64,000 nucleotides of DNA from the human T2T-CHM13v2.0 reference genome, Homo sapiens, in NCBI RefSeq assembly GCF_009914755.1, contig NC_060947.1. One strand, written 5' to 3'. Below the pieces are notes generated by a model that saw nothing but the letters and a program-made list of their open reading frames with translations, had not been told where the DNA came from and ran no database searches. Made by a program: the position numbers and the translations under genes. This document shows positions 14,036 through 27,600 of the stretch, piece by piece; position 1 is the stretch's first letter; each line of letters begins with the position of its first letter.

Positions 14036-16127
14036 GTTAGGAATCTTGATCTTGTGCTTATGCCTAAAAGGAAAAGGAGGAATGGCAGTACAGGTGGCCT
14101 CATGGGAACTGGACTGGAGTTGCGGAGCCTCTTCATTGGCAGCATGTGGCTTCATGGCTGCTGCCTGTGGGCTCTCCATTGCTGTGACTCAGTGCCCTCA
14201 TCCTAGAGACTTCTGTGCCTGCTCCTGCCAAGTAGCTGCTTCACCTTCTAGCCTGCTAATCTTTCTGTTTCTGTGGATTCAAAGCTCATTCATGGTCACA
14301 GCCACTCATGCCTCTTCCTCCTCAAAGGCTTTGCTGCCTGCCTGCTCTCAGACATCTTTCCTCTTCTGTCCTCACCCACCTGCCTGACTGTATCTTTACC
14401 ACATCCCCAGGATGATTGGGTTGTTCCAATCAACCTTGGTCATCTCTATTTCTGTGAAACTTTCACTGCAGTCCACCTCTTGGCTTCTGATCACCTGTAG
14501 ATCTGCTTCCCTTGGGTCATGTGTTCATCTCTGCCCAATCTAGTTGGCCTGCAGATGAGGTCACATGGTAGCAGCAGCATGAACTCTCAGTAAGGAGCTA
14601 CCTGAAGGCAGGGACCATTCAGAGGGGCCTACAGGTGTGGCTGGTGGTAAGAGGTGTGAGATGCCCAGCACCAAAAGAGATCTGCTGAGGATTCTGCCAA
14701 GAGTTACAGAAAACATCAGTGGCCTTAAAGATTATGGTCATATTTGGCCCTGCTTCCTTCTTCTGTTGGCTTGCTATGGGAATCAGAGATTCTAGAAAAA
14801 TCTGAGCTTATCTGAAGCAGGCAGTTGCCTTCACCCTATTTCAGGGGCAACAAGTAGAGGGGATGGAAGTCTTGGGGACATGCCTAGCAAAGGATGACTA
14901 AATACCACGCATGTTTTGTGGCCTGAATTGGATCTTGAAAACTATATTGGGCTCCATGTTTGAAAAGGGGTGGAAATAGTGACAGGCTTCCTTTTTCCTT
15001 CATATACTTTTGAAATTGAAGAATAACATACATAAAGACAAGTGCACAAATCATAAGCATATGGTTCATTGAATTTTTACAAAGTAAACACATCTGTGTA
15101 ACTACCAGCCAGGTCAAGATATATAACAGGAGGCTTTTTTCATGGCTCTGAAAGTGCTCATTACCATTAGATAGTTCATAAGTCCTAGGATCACCAAATA
15201 CACTTTTGAAACAATTGAGTCAACATACAATTTTTGCATAAACTAAGCCCCAGAGTGGTCAAGTGTCCTGCTTAAAGCAATGTGGCTAGACAGCGTCTAG
15301 TTTGGGGGTTTGTTGTGTTTTTTCCAAAATATCAGACAGTTTTTCTGTTGCTTAATCAAAACAGTGCCTGTGAATAAACCAACCCACCTCCCCACTTCTC
15401 CCATTTATCTGCTCTACATGCTATATTAATTTTTCTTTTCTTATTTTGTGCTCACTTCATGGTCAAGTCATCCAGGATCCTGATTTTCCCCAGGATCTCC
15501 ATGCCTGGTGCACGGAAAGATAACTCTTCTCTCATGTCACTAGCAAGTGACAGTCTGTGGACATGTGATGCACATCAGCAGAGAGCATGGGGTCAGTGCC
15601 CACCCTTCCACAGAGTGCCCTCCACCCCTTTGCTGTCTCATTAGCCTCTTGAGAAATTGAAACTTGTTCCAGCTCAGGTCCTCATGGCAGAGATGACTAG
15701 CTAGCCACCAGGATTGGCCTTCACCTCCATGATGTAGAGCTGTGGCTGAAAAGCAGCTGCCCAGCCAGGGAGTCCATTTCTCACACTTCAGGGGTCCCCA
15801 TTAGAAGACTGCCTGTTACCAGTGGAATGTGAGTAGAAATACACTTTGCTTTTCCAGGCTAAGGTGTTTAAGCAGCAAGTGTGCCTTCTGTAGAGTCTCT
15901 TTCCCCATCCACTGACTCTGAGGCCATTAAGCAAGCTGAAAGAAGTTTGGGGCTCTGAGGGAGGCAGTGGAAGTCGACCTTCTGAGCAAGAGCCCTGACA
16001 TTGGACTTGACATTAGTGAGAAATCAACAACTAGTGGATTAATCCACTGAGATTCTAGTGTTACTATAACTAATGCAGTTATAACAGGGATGGAGGAGGG
16101 GACTGTAACATTTTTAAAGGCTATATA

Positions 16128-16417
16128 TTTTTTAGAGACAAGATCTCACTTTGTCTCCCAGGCTGGAGGGCAGTGTTACAATCCCAGCTCACTGCAGCCT
16201 CAAACTCTTGGGCCCAGGCAATCCTCCTGCCTCAGCCTTCCTAGTAGCTGGGACTACAAGTGTGCACCACCATACCCGGCTAATTTTTAAAAATATTTTG
16301 TAGAGATATGGTCTCGCTGTGTTGTTCAGGCTGGTCTGGAACCCCTCTGCTCAAGCAATCCTCCTGCCTTGGCCTCCCAAAATGCCAGGATTACAGGCAT
16401 GAGCTGCTGTGCAGGGC
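16128..16417 (-). mobile_element. AluJ
   Basis: gagacaagatctcac...gctcactgcagcctcaaactc...ggattacaggcatgagc. Confidence 0.92.
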
Positions 16418-16994
16418 AAGCTATTTTTTTTTTAACCATCTCTTTTGCTTTTTCCAGCTATTGAAGACAACCAGAGCCCCCTTACTTGTACAGGAAGGAC
16501 AATTCCTAGACATTATATACAGAAAGATAAGGAATTGGCCTTTTTTTATAAAAAAGAAAATACTTCCTGAGGTCATGTGCCCTTTTCAAGATTGTTTTCA
16601 GGAATCCCTGGGGTGGTGAGGAAAGACTGGTCCTCATGGAGCAAGGGAAGCCCTAGTTTCAGTTCCGCTGAGCTCAGCTTGGCACCCTTCGCTTCCTTAT
16701 TTGCTAAAACATTGGACCATCACCTGTATCTGTGATACGGTTTTTATCAACAGAAATGCAAATTTCTCTTTGGGAAAGCTTGTCAATAAAGAAAGTGACC
16801 TTTATTCATAGTGTCCTCTGACCCATTTAAACAAGACAAGCTTTTCGATAATGGAAACTTGAAAAAAAAAAGATGAGAATATGACAAAGGAGCAACCTTT
16901 AAAATGCTGGTATTGGGAAAGAGTAATAGTAAACAAGAATGAGGGCACTGGTTCATAAGAGTTTTCATATTATGTAGTCACAGTGGGGGTGCCA

Positions 16995-17228
16995 AGAGAG
17001 TAGCTTCCTGCATTAGACTTCCTGAGTTCAGATTCTGTCCCTACCATGTACAAGCCAAGTGACCTTAGTCAATTTAGTTAACTTTTCTGTGCCTCAGGAT
17101 CTCCATCCATAAAATGGAGACCACCAGATATCCCTCTTAGCATTGTGAGAATTAACTTATTTAATACAGATAAAGCTGTTGGAAAAGTGCCTGGCACATA
17201 GGAGGCCCTCAATAAATGTCAACTAGTA
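16995..17228 (+). mobile_element. MIR
   Basis: gtgaccttagtcaatttagttaacttttctgtgcctcag...aaaatgg...agtgcctggcacatag...ctcaataaatg. Confidence 0.8.
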
Positions 17229-17559
17229 TGATTACAAGTCTTTGGGGCCCAGATTTGTCTGTGGTATATCTGGATTCATGTCGGAATATAATCAGAAAAC
17301 CAAACAATTGCTTCACTGGGTCAGATTTGGGTCCTTTCTGTTTCTCCAAAGAATACTAAAAGGGAGCCTCATGGGATTGGGGAATGGGGAGAGCTTGGGG
17401 GCTTCTCTTTCGACACCAGGCCTACATTGAATTAGCAGCACACCTGTTTAAGAAATGTATTAATGTACATCAAAAATTTTCAACACTCTTTGACTTAATA
17501 ATTCAACTTTGGAGAGTGACTCTAAATACATTCTGTTTAATTTGTTTTGAATTTACAAA

Positions 17560-18365
17560 AGTCTGTAAGGCACAAAGGTGCCCTTGAAAAGCAAAATATA
17601 TAAGGTAGTATTAGATTATAACCCAAAGTATAAAATAAATATCCTTAGTCCATACTGACATAAATAAATGATTGAGTATATCAACAAATGGGGAATGAGA
17701 GGCCAGTCTTCTATGCAGAAGAATTTCAGGTAAATCATGCAGTTTCTGCCCTAAAAGAGGTGAAGCGTAACTCCCCACTCCTTAAGTGTGGGCTTCACAT
17801 AGTGACTTCTTTCCAAAGAGCACAGTATGGAAAGGAGGGGACGGAAGAGTCACTTTACAGTGGAGAAACCTGACAAACACTACCTCAGCCAAGTGACCAA
17901 GGCCAATATCAACAGTCATAAATCATCTTGATGGTATGCATCCTTGATATAATATGATCAAAAATGGCACGTTACCTCTGTGATCTTTCTCCTGGAAACC
18001 CATAACCCCCATCTAGCCATGAAAAAAACAGACAAATTCCAGTGGGGGGACATCCTACAATAGACTTGACCAGGACTCCTTAAAGCTATCAAGATCATCA
18101 GAAACAAGGAAAGCCTGAGAAACTGTCATGGCAAAGAAGAGGCTAAGAAGACATTATAACTAAATATGATGTGGCATCCTCATATTCAGAAAAAAAGGGC
18201 ATTAAGTACAAACTAAGGAAATCTGAATAAGCTATGGACTTTAGTTAATAATAACAATGGATGGATATTTGTTCATTAACTGTAACAACTGGTCCATACT
18301 AATGTAAGGTGTTAATAAGAGGAGAAACCACTCAATTTTTCTGTGAATCTAAAACTATTATTTAA
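17560..18365 (+). mobile_element. L1MC/MD-type 3'UTR fragment
   Basis: aactccccactccttaagtgtggg...catagtgacttc...gtggagaaacctgacaaacactacc; homologous to 52190-52750. Confidence 0.75.
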
Positions 18366-18374
18366 AAAAGTATA

Positions 18375-19006
18375 TACTATTCTCATTATTTGCTTTAGTT
18401 ATGTTCTATAAAGTCACCAAGAACACTGACTTGGTGAATACTGAATTATTACCCCTAGTTGTGAGCCTCTGGTCACAACATTTTTGGATCAGTAAATAAC
18501 CTTGTTTTATGTGTGTTTCTGTTTAAAGACACCTTCTTTAACATATATTGTTGACTCATTAGCATTAAATTCATAGCTAACAGCTATCACTCCTGTCCGG
18601 ACAAAGCTTATCTAACGCACGTGTTTCCACCATAAGGCATATCACAGCCTTCTTGGCTTAGGGATACTAGACAGCACTTCAGACACTAGATAACACTTTA
18701 GCACTAGGCGTGGGGGGCCATTTTAAACAGTGAATCATCAACAAAAGAGCCCATAAAAATGCAAAAAATGTGGCACTAAATAGACTGTGAGAAGGACACT
18801 TGTTTACAGTTTGAGAGCTGAAACAAGAAGACAGAGTGTCATCTCGTTTGACCTCAGCTGAGAATGTGCACATTGGGCAATTCAACTTTTTAACTGCTCT
18901 GTGCATGTGCATGCTCACTAACGGTATTGATTTTGGGGTTCCAGATAAATTTTAGCAAGTAGGCAAATTCACAACTAAAGAATCTGTGAATAGTAAGGAT
19001 CAACTG
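18375..19006. mobile_element. MER82 (TcMar-Tigger)
   Basis: ctcattatt..tagttatgttctataaagtc...gagcctctggtcacaacatttt ... gaatagtaaggatcaactg followed by TA. Confidence 0.8.
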
Positions 19007-19022
19007 TATATTACTTGTTAAA

Positions 19023-19074
19023 AGCCTATGAATATGTTCCATGATAGCCTATGAATATGTTCCATGATAGCCTA
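19023..19074 (+). repeat. Perfect 23-bp tandem duplication
   Basis: agcctatgaatatgttccatgat x2 plus agccta. Confidence 0.95.
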
Positions 19075-19167
19075 AGTTCTCTCCATAACCCTTTATAGAT
19101 CTCTCATTCTTAAATTTGCCTAATTCTTTAAAGTTTCTTTATCTATTTATCTGCTTATTTATTTTAT

Positions 19168-19859
<692 letters not shown>

Positions 19860-19884
19860 TGTTTATCTATTTATTTAGCCTATA

Positions 19885-20200
19885 CCTGTGCTGTCCAATA
19901 TGGTAGACACTGAGCCATATGTGGCAATTGATACTTTAAATGTGTCTAGTCAAATTGAGATATACTATAAGGATAAACACCAGGCTTTGAAGACTTAGTA
20001 CAAAAGAGGAATGTAAACTATCTCATTAATAATTTTTATATTGATTGTATATTGAAATGATACTATTTTAGTATAATTGGTTGAATAAAATGTATTATTA
20101 AAATTAATTTCACCTATTTCTTTTTACTTTTATAAAGTGGCTACTGGAAAATCTAAAATTACAATATGTGGCTTGCATTTTATTTCTATCAGATAGCACC
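19885..20200. mobile_element. MER33 (hAT-Charlie)
   Basis: gctgtccaatatggtag...tttgaagacttagtac...tatctcattaataatttt...tatgtggcttgcatt. Confidence 0.85.
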
Positions 20201-20556
20201 GACTTATATCAACTCAAGGGAAAATGAATTCCATCAAGATATCAGTAGCATAGGAAGGACATAGGACTATAGAGTCCTTCGAGAGACCATTTAATCCCTT
20301 CCTTTTAGAAAGATAAGGCTTAGACAGGTGAAGGGCCTTGTCCAGGTTTATGCAGCCAGTTACTGGCAGAGCAGTTCTAGACTTCAGTCTCCTGTCTTCT
20401 GGTCCAATCTCTTTCCTTAATCCTCTCCCTCGTGTACTCCCACAAACCAATAAATAAAATCCAACAGCTTACAGAATCCTTTAAGAGAAAAAGAAGATTG
20501 GCTGTTCCTGAATTGAAAGAAACCATTTTTTAAAGACCTTGCTAGATTTCTGTAAG

Positions 20557-20845
20557 TAAGGCTGCCAGATTTAGCAAATAAAAATACAGGATTCCCTGTT
20601 AAAATTTGCATTTCAGATAAACAGTAAATAATGTTTAAGTATGACCCAAATATTTCATGGGACATACTTATACCAAAAAAATTATTCCTTGTTTATGTGA
20701 AATGCAAATATAACTGAGCATCTGTGTTTTCAGTATGAGTATATCCCATACACTATTTGGGGACATGCTTATCCTAAAAAACGTATTTGTCATTTACCTG
20801 AAATGCAAATTTAACTTATGTCCTGTATTTAACCTGGCAACCCTA
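20557..20845. mobile_element. MER53 MITE with duplicated 3' half
   Basis: TIRs taaggctgccag / ctggcaacccta; gggacat(a/g)cttat..aaaaaa..tgaaatgcaaat occurs twice. Confidence 0.82.
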
Positions 20846-21359
20846 CTATAAAGCCTTTGAGGAAAGAACCTTTTGGCTGATTTCTCCCAGGCACTTATCT
20901 TTCTGTGTTCCTCCAAGGAAGAGCCCAAACTAGTGAGTCATTCATCGGCTCCATAATGAAAAACGGAATCTCCAGATTTGCCTTCCCATCTGCAGGCTAT
21001 CTCGGCTGTCAATGCTATCTTTCTAAACAACTAACTTATCCAGGAATCAAGCCGCAGGTCTCAACTGTCCTTCCCAACCTTTATAATCAATTTGAGTTGG
21101 GCAAGGTGCCAGCTACAAAAAATTACACAGAACCAACTCTTGTAACTATGGAGATAAGAGGGCAGGACAAACCCAAGGAAACAAACAAGCTTTCCTCTTC
21201 TTTACAGAAGCTCTTCTAAATGGAACAGGCAGCGATTGGCACAAACATGCCAGCCATTTCCTGGATGTGTATACATATCAGAGAGCAAGGCAGAAGTTAA
21301 CTGGGTTTTACACTTTATTATTTTCTTTTCTTCATAACTATTATTTTGTGGTATTCTAA

Positions 21360-21575
21360 AGGGGGCGGTAATGGAAGTGGGCCATCCAGTGTGCAGGCAA
21401 AAGGGGGGTGCAGGCAATAAGGGGTTTATTGCCTGTAGAGAATTTAAAAACAATAATAAAACTGACTGAAAGTTGCTCTGCTTTTTATTACCCCAATGTT
21501 CTGGCAATTCTAAACAATGTCATTGATAAAATACTCCTCCCCCTGCACTCCTCCAACCACCGCTGACCCCAGACT
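21360..21575. mobile_element. hAT-type MITE (MER97-like)
   Basis: gtgcaggcaataagggg...tgtagagaatttaaaaacaataataaaactgact...ggcaattctaaacaatgtca..gataaaatactcctc. Confidence 0.5.
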
Positions 21576-21809
21576 GTTCTCATTTTAAGCAATGCCATCA
21601 ACGATTTTTTAAAAACCTTCCTTATGGAGCTTTTCTTTACTGTTGTTTTGGGGATGGTCTGGAGGAGGTGGAAGGGAGGGGAGAGCAGCTAGATGAGGCT
21701 GGGACACTTAAGTGATCAAAACAGCAAGAGCTAAGCATTTCAGTGAATGGAGAGTGCCCTCTCATGCACGACTATCGCTGGAGGTTTCCAAGGAAGGACG
21801 GGCAATATG

Positions 21810-22050
21810 ATAGTAAAAGGAACGCTAGATTCAGAGTCACAAGATCCAGTTGCAAGATGTGGCTCCGTATATGTGTAGGTGTGACTGAGGACAAAACCCA
21901 CGTCCTCTCTGAGCCTCCATTTCCTCCTGTCAAATAGAATCTCTAACGGCTTCTCTCCCTGTCTACTTCACCTGGTTGTTTTGAGGAGCTAAGACATAAA
22001 ACATATAAAAGAACATGTTTTTCAAATTGGAAAGTGCTTTACTGATGTAA
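21810..22050 (+). mobile_element. MIR
   Basis: ctctctgagcctccatttcctcctgtcaaat...ggttgttttgagga. Confidence 0.6.
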
Positions 22051-22069
22051 ATCACTGTATTCATTTTAA

Positions 22070-22530
22070 CAGAGACCAAAATAACAGTGGCTTCAACAGG
22101 ATAGAAGATCTGGTCAAGTGAAAGCCCAAGCTTGCAGGCAGTTGATGAACGTAGAATGACCTTACTCCTCAAGGTCAACTAAGGACCCAGGTTTCTTTTC
22201 TCTTATTACCCCATCCTCCCATAGGGTGTCTTCCTTATCTTCAAGAATGAAACTGAATCACCACTTACCACAACCTCATTCTTACCCACAAGATGAGAAA
22301 AGAATAAATGGAGGATGAGCAGTTTCCTTTCAGAGCATGATCCAGACATTATATATGTCACTCTGCTCCTTTCTTATTGGTTAAAACCTAGTCACATGGC
22401 CCCACATTGCTGCTGTGGAGGCTGGGAAATGTAGTCTCTAGCTAGATAGCCATGTGTCTGGCTAAAATCTGAAAGTTCTATTGCCAAAAGTTGAGAATGG
22501 ATATGGTGTGATGATATGCAGCTCTGCAAC
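22070..22530 (-). mobile_element. Old MLT1 LTR
   Basis: ttattggttaaaacctagtcacatggccc...ggaggctgggaaatgtagtct. Confidence 0.6.
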
Positions 22531-24759
22531 AGTTATTGTCATTATTTTTCAAGCTAGTGGATAAAAGGTCGTTTGTTTGTTTGTTTGTTGTTTCATTGCT
22601 CTGGGGAGTGAGACAAAATGGAAAGTCCTATATTTTCAAAGCAGCTAATGAATTTTGGACATATATCAATGTAAGTCATTCTGGTTTAAATGGGGAATTG
22701 ATTTCCAGAGCAGTGGATTTTAAAGCACTTTCACCTGGGGCCTGTGTGTCACTGTTGCCAGGAGAAACATAAACTTTAGAGCACCTTGCTGTTGTACCGA
22801 CTCTCTATCCAGTCACTCAGCAAACTCAGAACTGAGAAAGTGGTACATCATCTGGTTAGGGCCTTATCCTTGAGGCCTTGTGTCACTGCCTCCATAATTA
22901 AACACAGACCATTAGCTATAACCCACTGCACCCACATCAATTATGCCAGTTTGAATAACAGCCGCAGAAACCCTTCTTTCCCATCTTCTGCCTCTCTGGA
23001 AACAATTCTGGTCACACCACACAGGTGTAGTTAGAATTGCCTTGGCTTTTATAAGATGTCAAATTAGCAAGGCTGTTATGCCACGATGGAACAGAAGCTT
23101 TATTCTTCCATACGCTGATTAAAAGGTAATTTAACCTCTTCCAAAGGTGGTCTAGCCAATCCCCAGCAGTATTGACATTGTGTTAATGAGAAATTGCTCT
23201 CCAGAGTGATAAATTAGCCCTCCGAGACTAGTATGCAAACCCATTTTCGCTAGATGGCCCAGCCTTAAAGAGCAAATTTGGTGGTTTCATCACCCTCTGA
23301 CCCCGCCCTCATTAAATCTGTACGGACTGATGCACTGTATCTGAAATCCTGGATCTGTGCAGATTAAAATGCATACATGTAGCCTCCCCAGTGATGCTAA
23401 CTGTCCCGGCTTGCTGTTTTCTGGCATGTGCTAGGCTGGGTTGACTGTAGCTCAGCCGCAATGGGGCTGCTTAATACACCTCATTTCTTAGAGATAAGAA
23501 ACTCAATTTACCATGAGAAAGACGAGAACAAAGCCAAAGGGTCTCATGATGTGGGAGGAGCCTTAGCACTCACTTAATCCAACACTTTCCCTTTACATAT
23601 GAGGAAGCTGAGGCCTAGGGAGATGAAATACCTTGGCCAAAGATGTGGGAAGCTTAAGCAGCAGAGATGAGCTAGAATCCATTTTCTCAGAAAATGAGGT
23701 CACTGTTTTTTACCATCCTCTACCCGTCCTACCAAACTGACTACTAGCTACATGCCAGTTGTCACATCATCTAGAGACACCCATTCTACCCCATTGGTTT
23801 TCCTCCCAGATGAAGAAAGCACTCATCTTGCTTGAGAATATAAACTTGACTTCCTCTATTGCAGCAGACATAAATCTCAATCCACAAACTCAGGTGAGCA
23901 AAAAACACTGCATGTCGTTATTTTTAATAAAGCAACCAGCCCCATCCTGCTAAGCTGGTGGGAAATTCAACCTCAGACATTCTTGGGCCCTTTCCTTCAC
24001 TCTTCAGAATGTGCTAAGGTTCTGTGTCTCAAGGCATGCTAAGACATCAGAGTGACCCTCATGATCTCAGGCAAATCCAAAGCTATCACTGAGATGGAAC
24101 AGAGCCAGGCCACAGGGTTCCTTTAGCTCCTCAGATTCTGCAGGTTCTTGGCCATGCTGGGAGCTGGAGAAGCCTTGGCCAGCCAGGAGCCTAAGCCTTG
24201 GTCCAGCCTCCCTCTCTCGGCTCAGTTGTCGGAAATCTTCCTCCTCTCCTGTAACTGTCAGGATGAAGAATGTAGATACCTGTGGCTCTCCAAGCTCTCA
24301 AATTTGTCTCTCTTGTCCCCAGCCAAGTAAATTTCTCTTTAGTCCTAGGGAAATCCTTCTTGATTGCCTAAAAAGTATTCTCTCTCTTGCCTTACACTCT
24401 CTAGGACACCGTAACAGTTCTCTGGAGAGGCTGAGGATTTGGGAAACAAAGCCCAGAAGGGAAATGCTTTGTAGGAAACTTCTGCTCTTTGTTCAACCTC
24501 AAACCTTTGCCATGGCAAGAACGCAGAGTGGGGAAAGAACAAAAATGCAGGGAGGGGAAACAGAAATTATCTCTCAAAAAATTATACTGCATAGGGTGAT
24601 TCAAAGTTCCATGAAAGGGGGAACAACTGAAATTCCAATTTAGTTTCTCTGGGGAAAGAATGCTGGGAGAAAATTGTCCCAGCTCCATCTTGAAAGGAGC
24701 ATGAAAACCATGGAGTAACTTCTTTGCAGTGAGAGAGGTCACTAAGCAACCTCAAAATG

Positions 24760-25400
24760 CAGCAATGGCTGCACTGGCTCTTTGGTCTTCCTTATTATTT
24801 GATTGTTCCTTAACTCCTTGCTACCTGGCTACAGATGCCACCATTTTTCAAAATCAACTCTGTTCAAGGTCCCTACTGTCCTATTTGTCCAATCTAGCAG
24901 CTAACTCTTGGTCTTCATCCTCTTTGACCTTCTTCTCCTCCTGAAAATTATTTAAGGGGAATGGTTGGTGGCACTGGATCTTACTGGTTCTTCCCTCTAT
25001 ATTTCTGACTGTACTCTCCTTTTTTCCTTTTCTGGCTTTTCTCTGATTCATTTCCACTAATCAAAGAGAGCTGATCTTGGCCACCTTCTCTTTCATCTCC
25101 TTTCTGTCTTTCTCCTGGATTTAACCTACTCCTCAACTTCTATTGTCTTTAAATCTCATCTCTAGCCCCACTCAATTTCTTGAATTCTAGACCCAGAATC
25201 CAAACTGCCTTTTGGTTGTTTCATGCTGGATGTACTACCAGTACCTCAAACTTGCCATGTTCAAAGCCAACTCATCTTTCTTCCCTAAACCAGATTCTCT
25301 TTCTCACTTCCTTGCTCAATGAATGCATCACCATTTTTCCAAATTTTGAATCCTTCTTTGACTCCTCCTCTCCATTGTCCTTATATCCAATACTGTTTGA
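24760..25400 (+). mobile_element. L2 remnant
   Basis: tctctagccc...ccagaatccaaactgcc...cctcaaacttgccatgttcaaa...tcctttgactcctc-like L2 motifs. Confidence 0.6.
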
Positions 25401-25675
25401 ATCTAAATAGATTTTGCCTCCTCAGTAGAATAATAAAAGTATGATATGAGAAATATAGAATAAAGTGGGAACATCCCTTTTCTCCTGGATGCCATCCTTT
25501 CGTTAATGTCATATAGCATTATATTAACCATGGTTTTCATTCTGGCCTTTTTCGTTCCATAACTTCTTCTACACAAATATGTATTTTTACATAAAAAGGA
25601 TCATCCTGTCTTGGAACTTGCTCGTCACTTATTATGTCATGACCATTTTCCTATGCCATTAAATGTTCTTTATTA

Positions 25676-25866
25676 CAGTAATTCTCAAATTTTCCATGTG
25701 TATCAGAATTATCTGTGAATGCTTGTTAAAAATGTATTTCCCTTGGCCCTCTCCCACAGACTCTGACTCAGTATTTTGGAGAGGGCCTAAGAACCTGTAT
25801 ATTTAACTAGCACCCTAGAAGATTCTAATCCATGATGTTTTCAGATCCCAGTTTGAAAAACACTGT
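25676..25866. mobile_element. MER5A within an L1ME fragment
   Basis: cagtaattctcaaa...atcagaatta...gcttgttaaaaatg...ctctgactcagta...gtttgaaaaacactg. Confidence 0.75.
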
Positions 25867-26176
25867 AGGAACAGCACAACTTTTAAGGATTGTCTGGTTT
25901 TCTTTTGTTTATGTTTACCATAATTTAGTTACCAATGCCCATTGACATATATTTAGACTGCTTTTCAATTTTTAATATTATTATTAGTTCTGGGCTGACT
26001 TTACTTCTATGCTCTCTCTTTACCCCTCCTCCCCGCTCACCTATACATACAATTTTTCTTTAGCGTAAATTCCTAGAAGTGGAATTTCTGGGTCTAAAGG
26101 AAATGCAAAATTATAAGATATAGATAGTATTATATCATATACTCTTATATTATTCATTATAAAATTACATAGAATA

Positions 26177-26508
26177 GGCTGGGCATGGTGGCTCATGCCT
26201 GTAATCCCAGCACCTTGGGAGGCCGAGGCAGACAGATTGCTTGATGCCAGGAGTTCGAGATCAGCCTAGGCAACATGGCCAAACCCTGTTTCCACAAAAA
26301 AAAAAAATACACAAATTAGCCAAATGTGGTGGTCCACACCTGTAGTCCCAGCTACTGGGGAGGCTGAGGCAGGAGGATCGCTTGAGCTCAGGAGGTTGAG
26401 ACTGTAGTGAGCCATGATTATGCTACTGTGCTCCAGCCTGGGCAACAAGCAAGACCATGTCTCAAAAAATTAATTAATTAATTAATTTAATTAAATAAAT
26501 AAAATAAA
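26177..26508 (+). mobile_element. AluJ
   Basis: Full dimer; flanking direct repeat atagaata. Confidence 0.93.
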
Positions 26509-26514
26509 ATAGAA

Positions 26515-26672
26515 TATACTATTATATATTACATGTTATAATACTATCATATATTACATGTTATAATACTATATTACATGTTATAATATTATATATTAGT
26601 TAATGTATCGCTATTTTAATTATATCATTATATAATAAATAACTTAATATATAATATATTAATTTATATATG
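26515..26672 (+). repeat. AT-rich minisatellite (atattacatgttataatact x3) and low-complexity AT
   Basis: Copies at 26526, 26551 and 26571. Confidence 0.9.
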
Positions 26673-26779
26673 TTTAGGTAGGGTTTTATTTGGACCCTTG
26701 CACAAGATTAACATTTATCTATGTTAATTTCATCTGGTTATATTTCACCTATTGCTTCAAGGGTAGTGATATTTTTATA

Positions 26780-27110
26780 TCCCTCCTTTACATGAAAAGC
26801 ATTTGCTATTTTTCCAGTCTCCTGCATATCTGATATGTGGTTTCTATACTTTCATCCAAATCATGGATGAGAAATAGTGAATAGAATAAGACTGAAAAAA
26901 CACCTTGCTGCTCCCCCAGAAACCTATATTACTTAGCACTCTTGCTTATTCTCCAAACATTAATACCTTAATTTTAATAGTGACTGGCTTTTGATTTTCA
27001 TCTTGTTTCATCTTTAAGGTTGTAGGAATGTATCTTACCACATATGTGCTGAAGTTCACATCCAGTGCCACCTATCTCATGACTCTGGTCTACCAATCAA
27101 AGAAGAAATA
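26780..27110 (-). mobile_element. L3/CR1 remnant
   Basis: ttcatccaaatcatggatgagaaatagtgaatagaa resembles antisense CR1 RT (tcatccaagtcattgatgaaaatgttgaa). Confidence 0.45.
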
Positions 27111-27179
27111 TAGGTGTATGGATTTTCTATATTAACATGAGTGCTGCTTAGCACAGATTCTTAACACCGCAGTGGCACA

Positions 27180-27600
27180 TGACATAAAGCACGGATTCAA
27201 TTTGTGTCTCTGAGGGTGGACGAGGGTCTCTGCCCATCTCCTCTGGGCTTGCTTTGCATCTGTGGGTCGGCTCAACTAGGTTGGGCCTAGCTAGGTGGCT
27301 CCACTTCAGGGTACAGTGGCTGTGGAGGCTCTGCTCTATGTGCCCCTGGTTTTCCTCTTAGGATCAGCCGACTAGCCGGCACGGGTTCTTCTCATCACAG
27401 TGGCAGAGGCACAGAACATGAAGGAGAAGTACCGAAGGCCTCTTAAGGCCTAGGCTCAGAATGGACACATTGGCAATTCTGCCCTCATTCTATTGGACAA
27501 CACAGATCACATAGCCAAACCCAAAGTCAAAAGTAGAGGAATACATTTCACTCCTTTGGTAAGAGACACACACATGCCAAAAGATACGGAGGGGTGAATT
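27180..27600 (-). mobile_element. Old MLT1 (G/H-like) LTR
   Basis: cttaaggcctaggctcagaa...cattctattgg...tcacatagccaaacccaaagtcaa. Confidence 0.6.

Noticed and set aside
26515-26600. Repeated 20-mer resembling a CRISPR array
   Set aside because: Eukaryotic context, no unique spacers, AT-rich minisatellite
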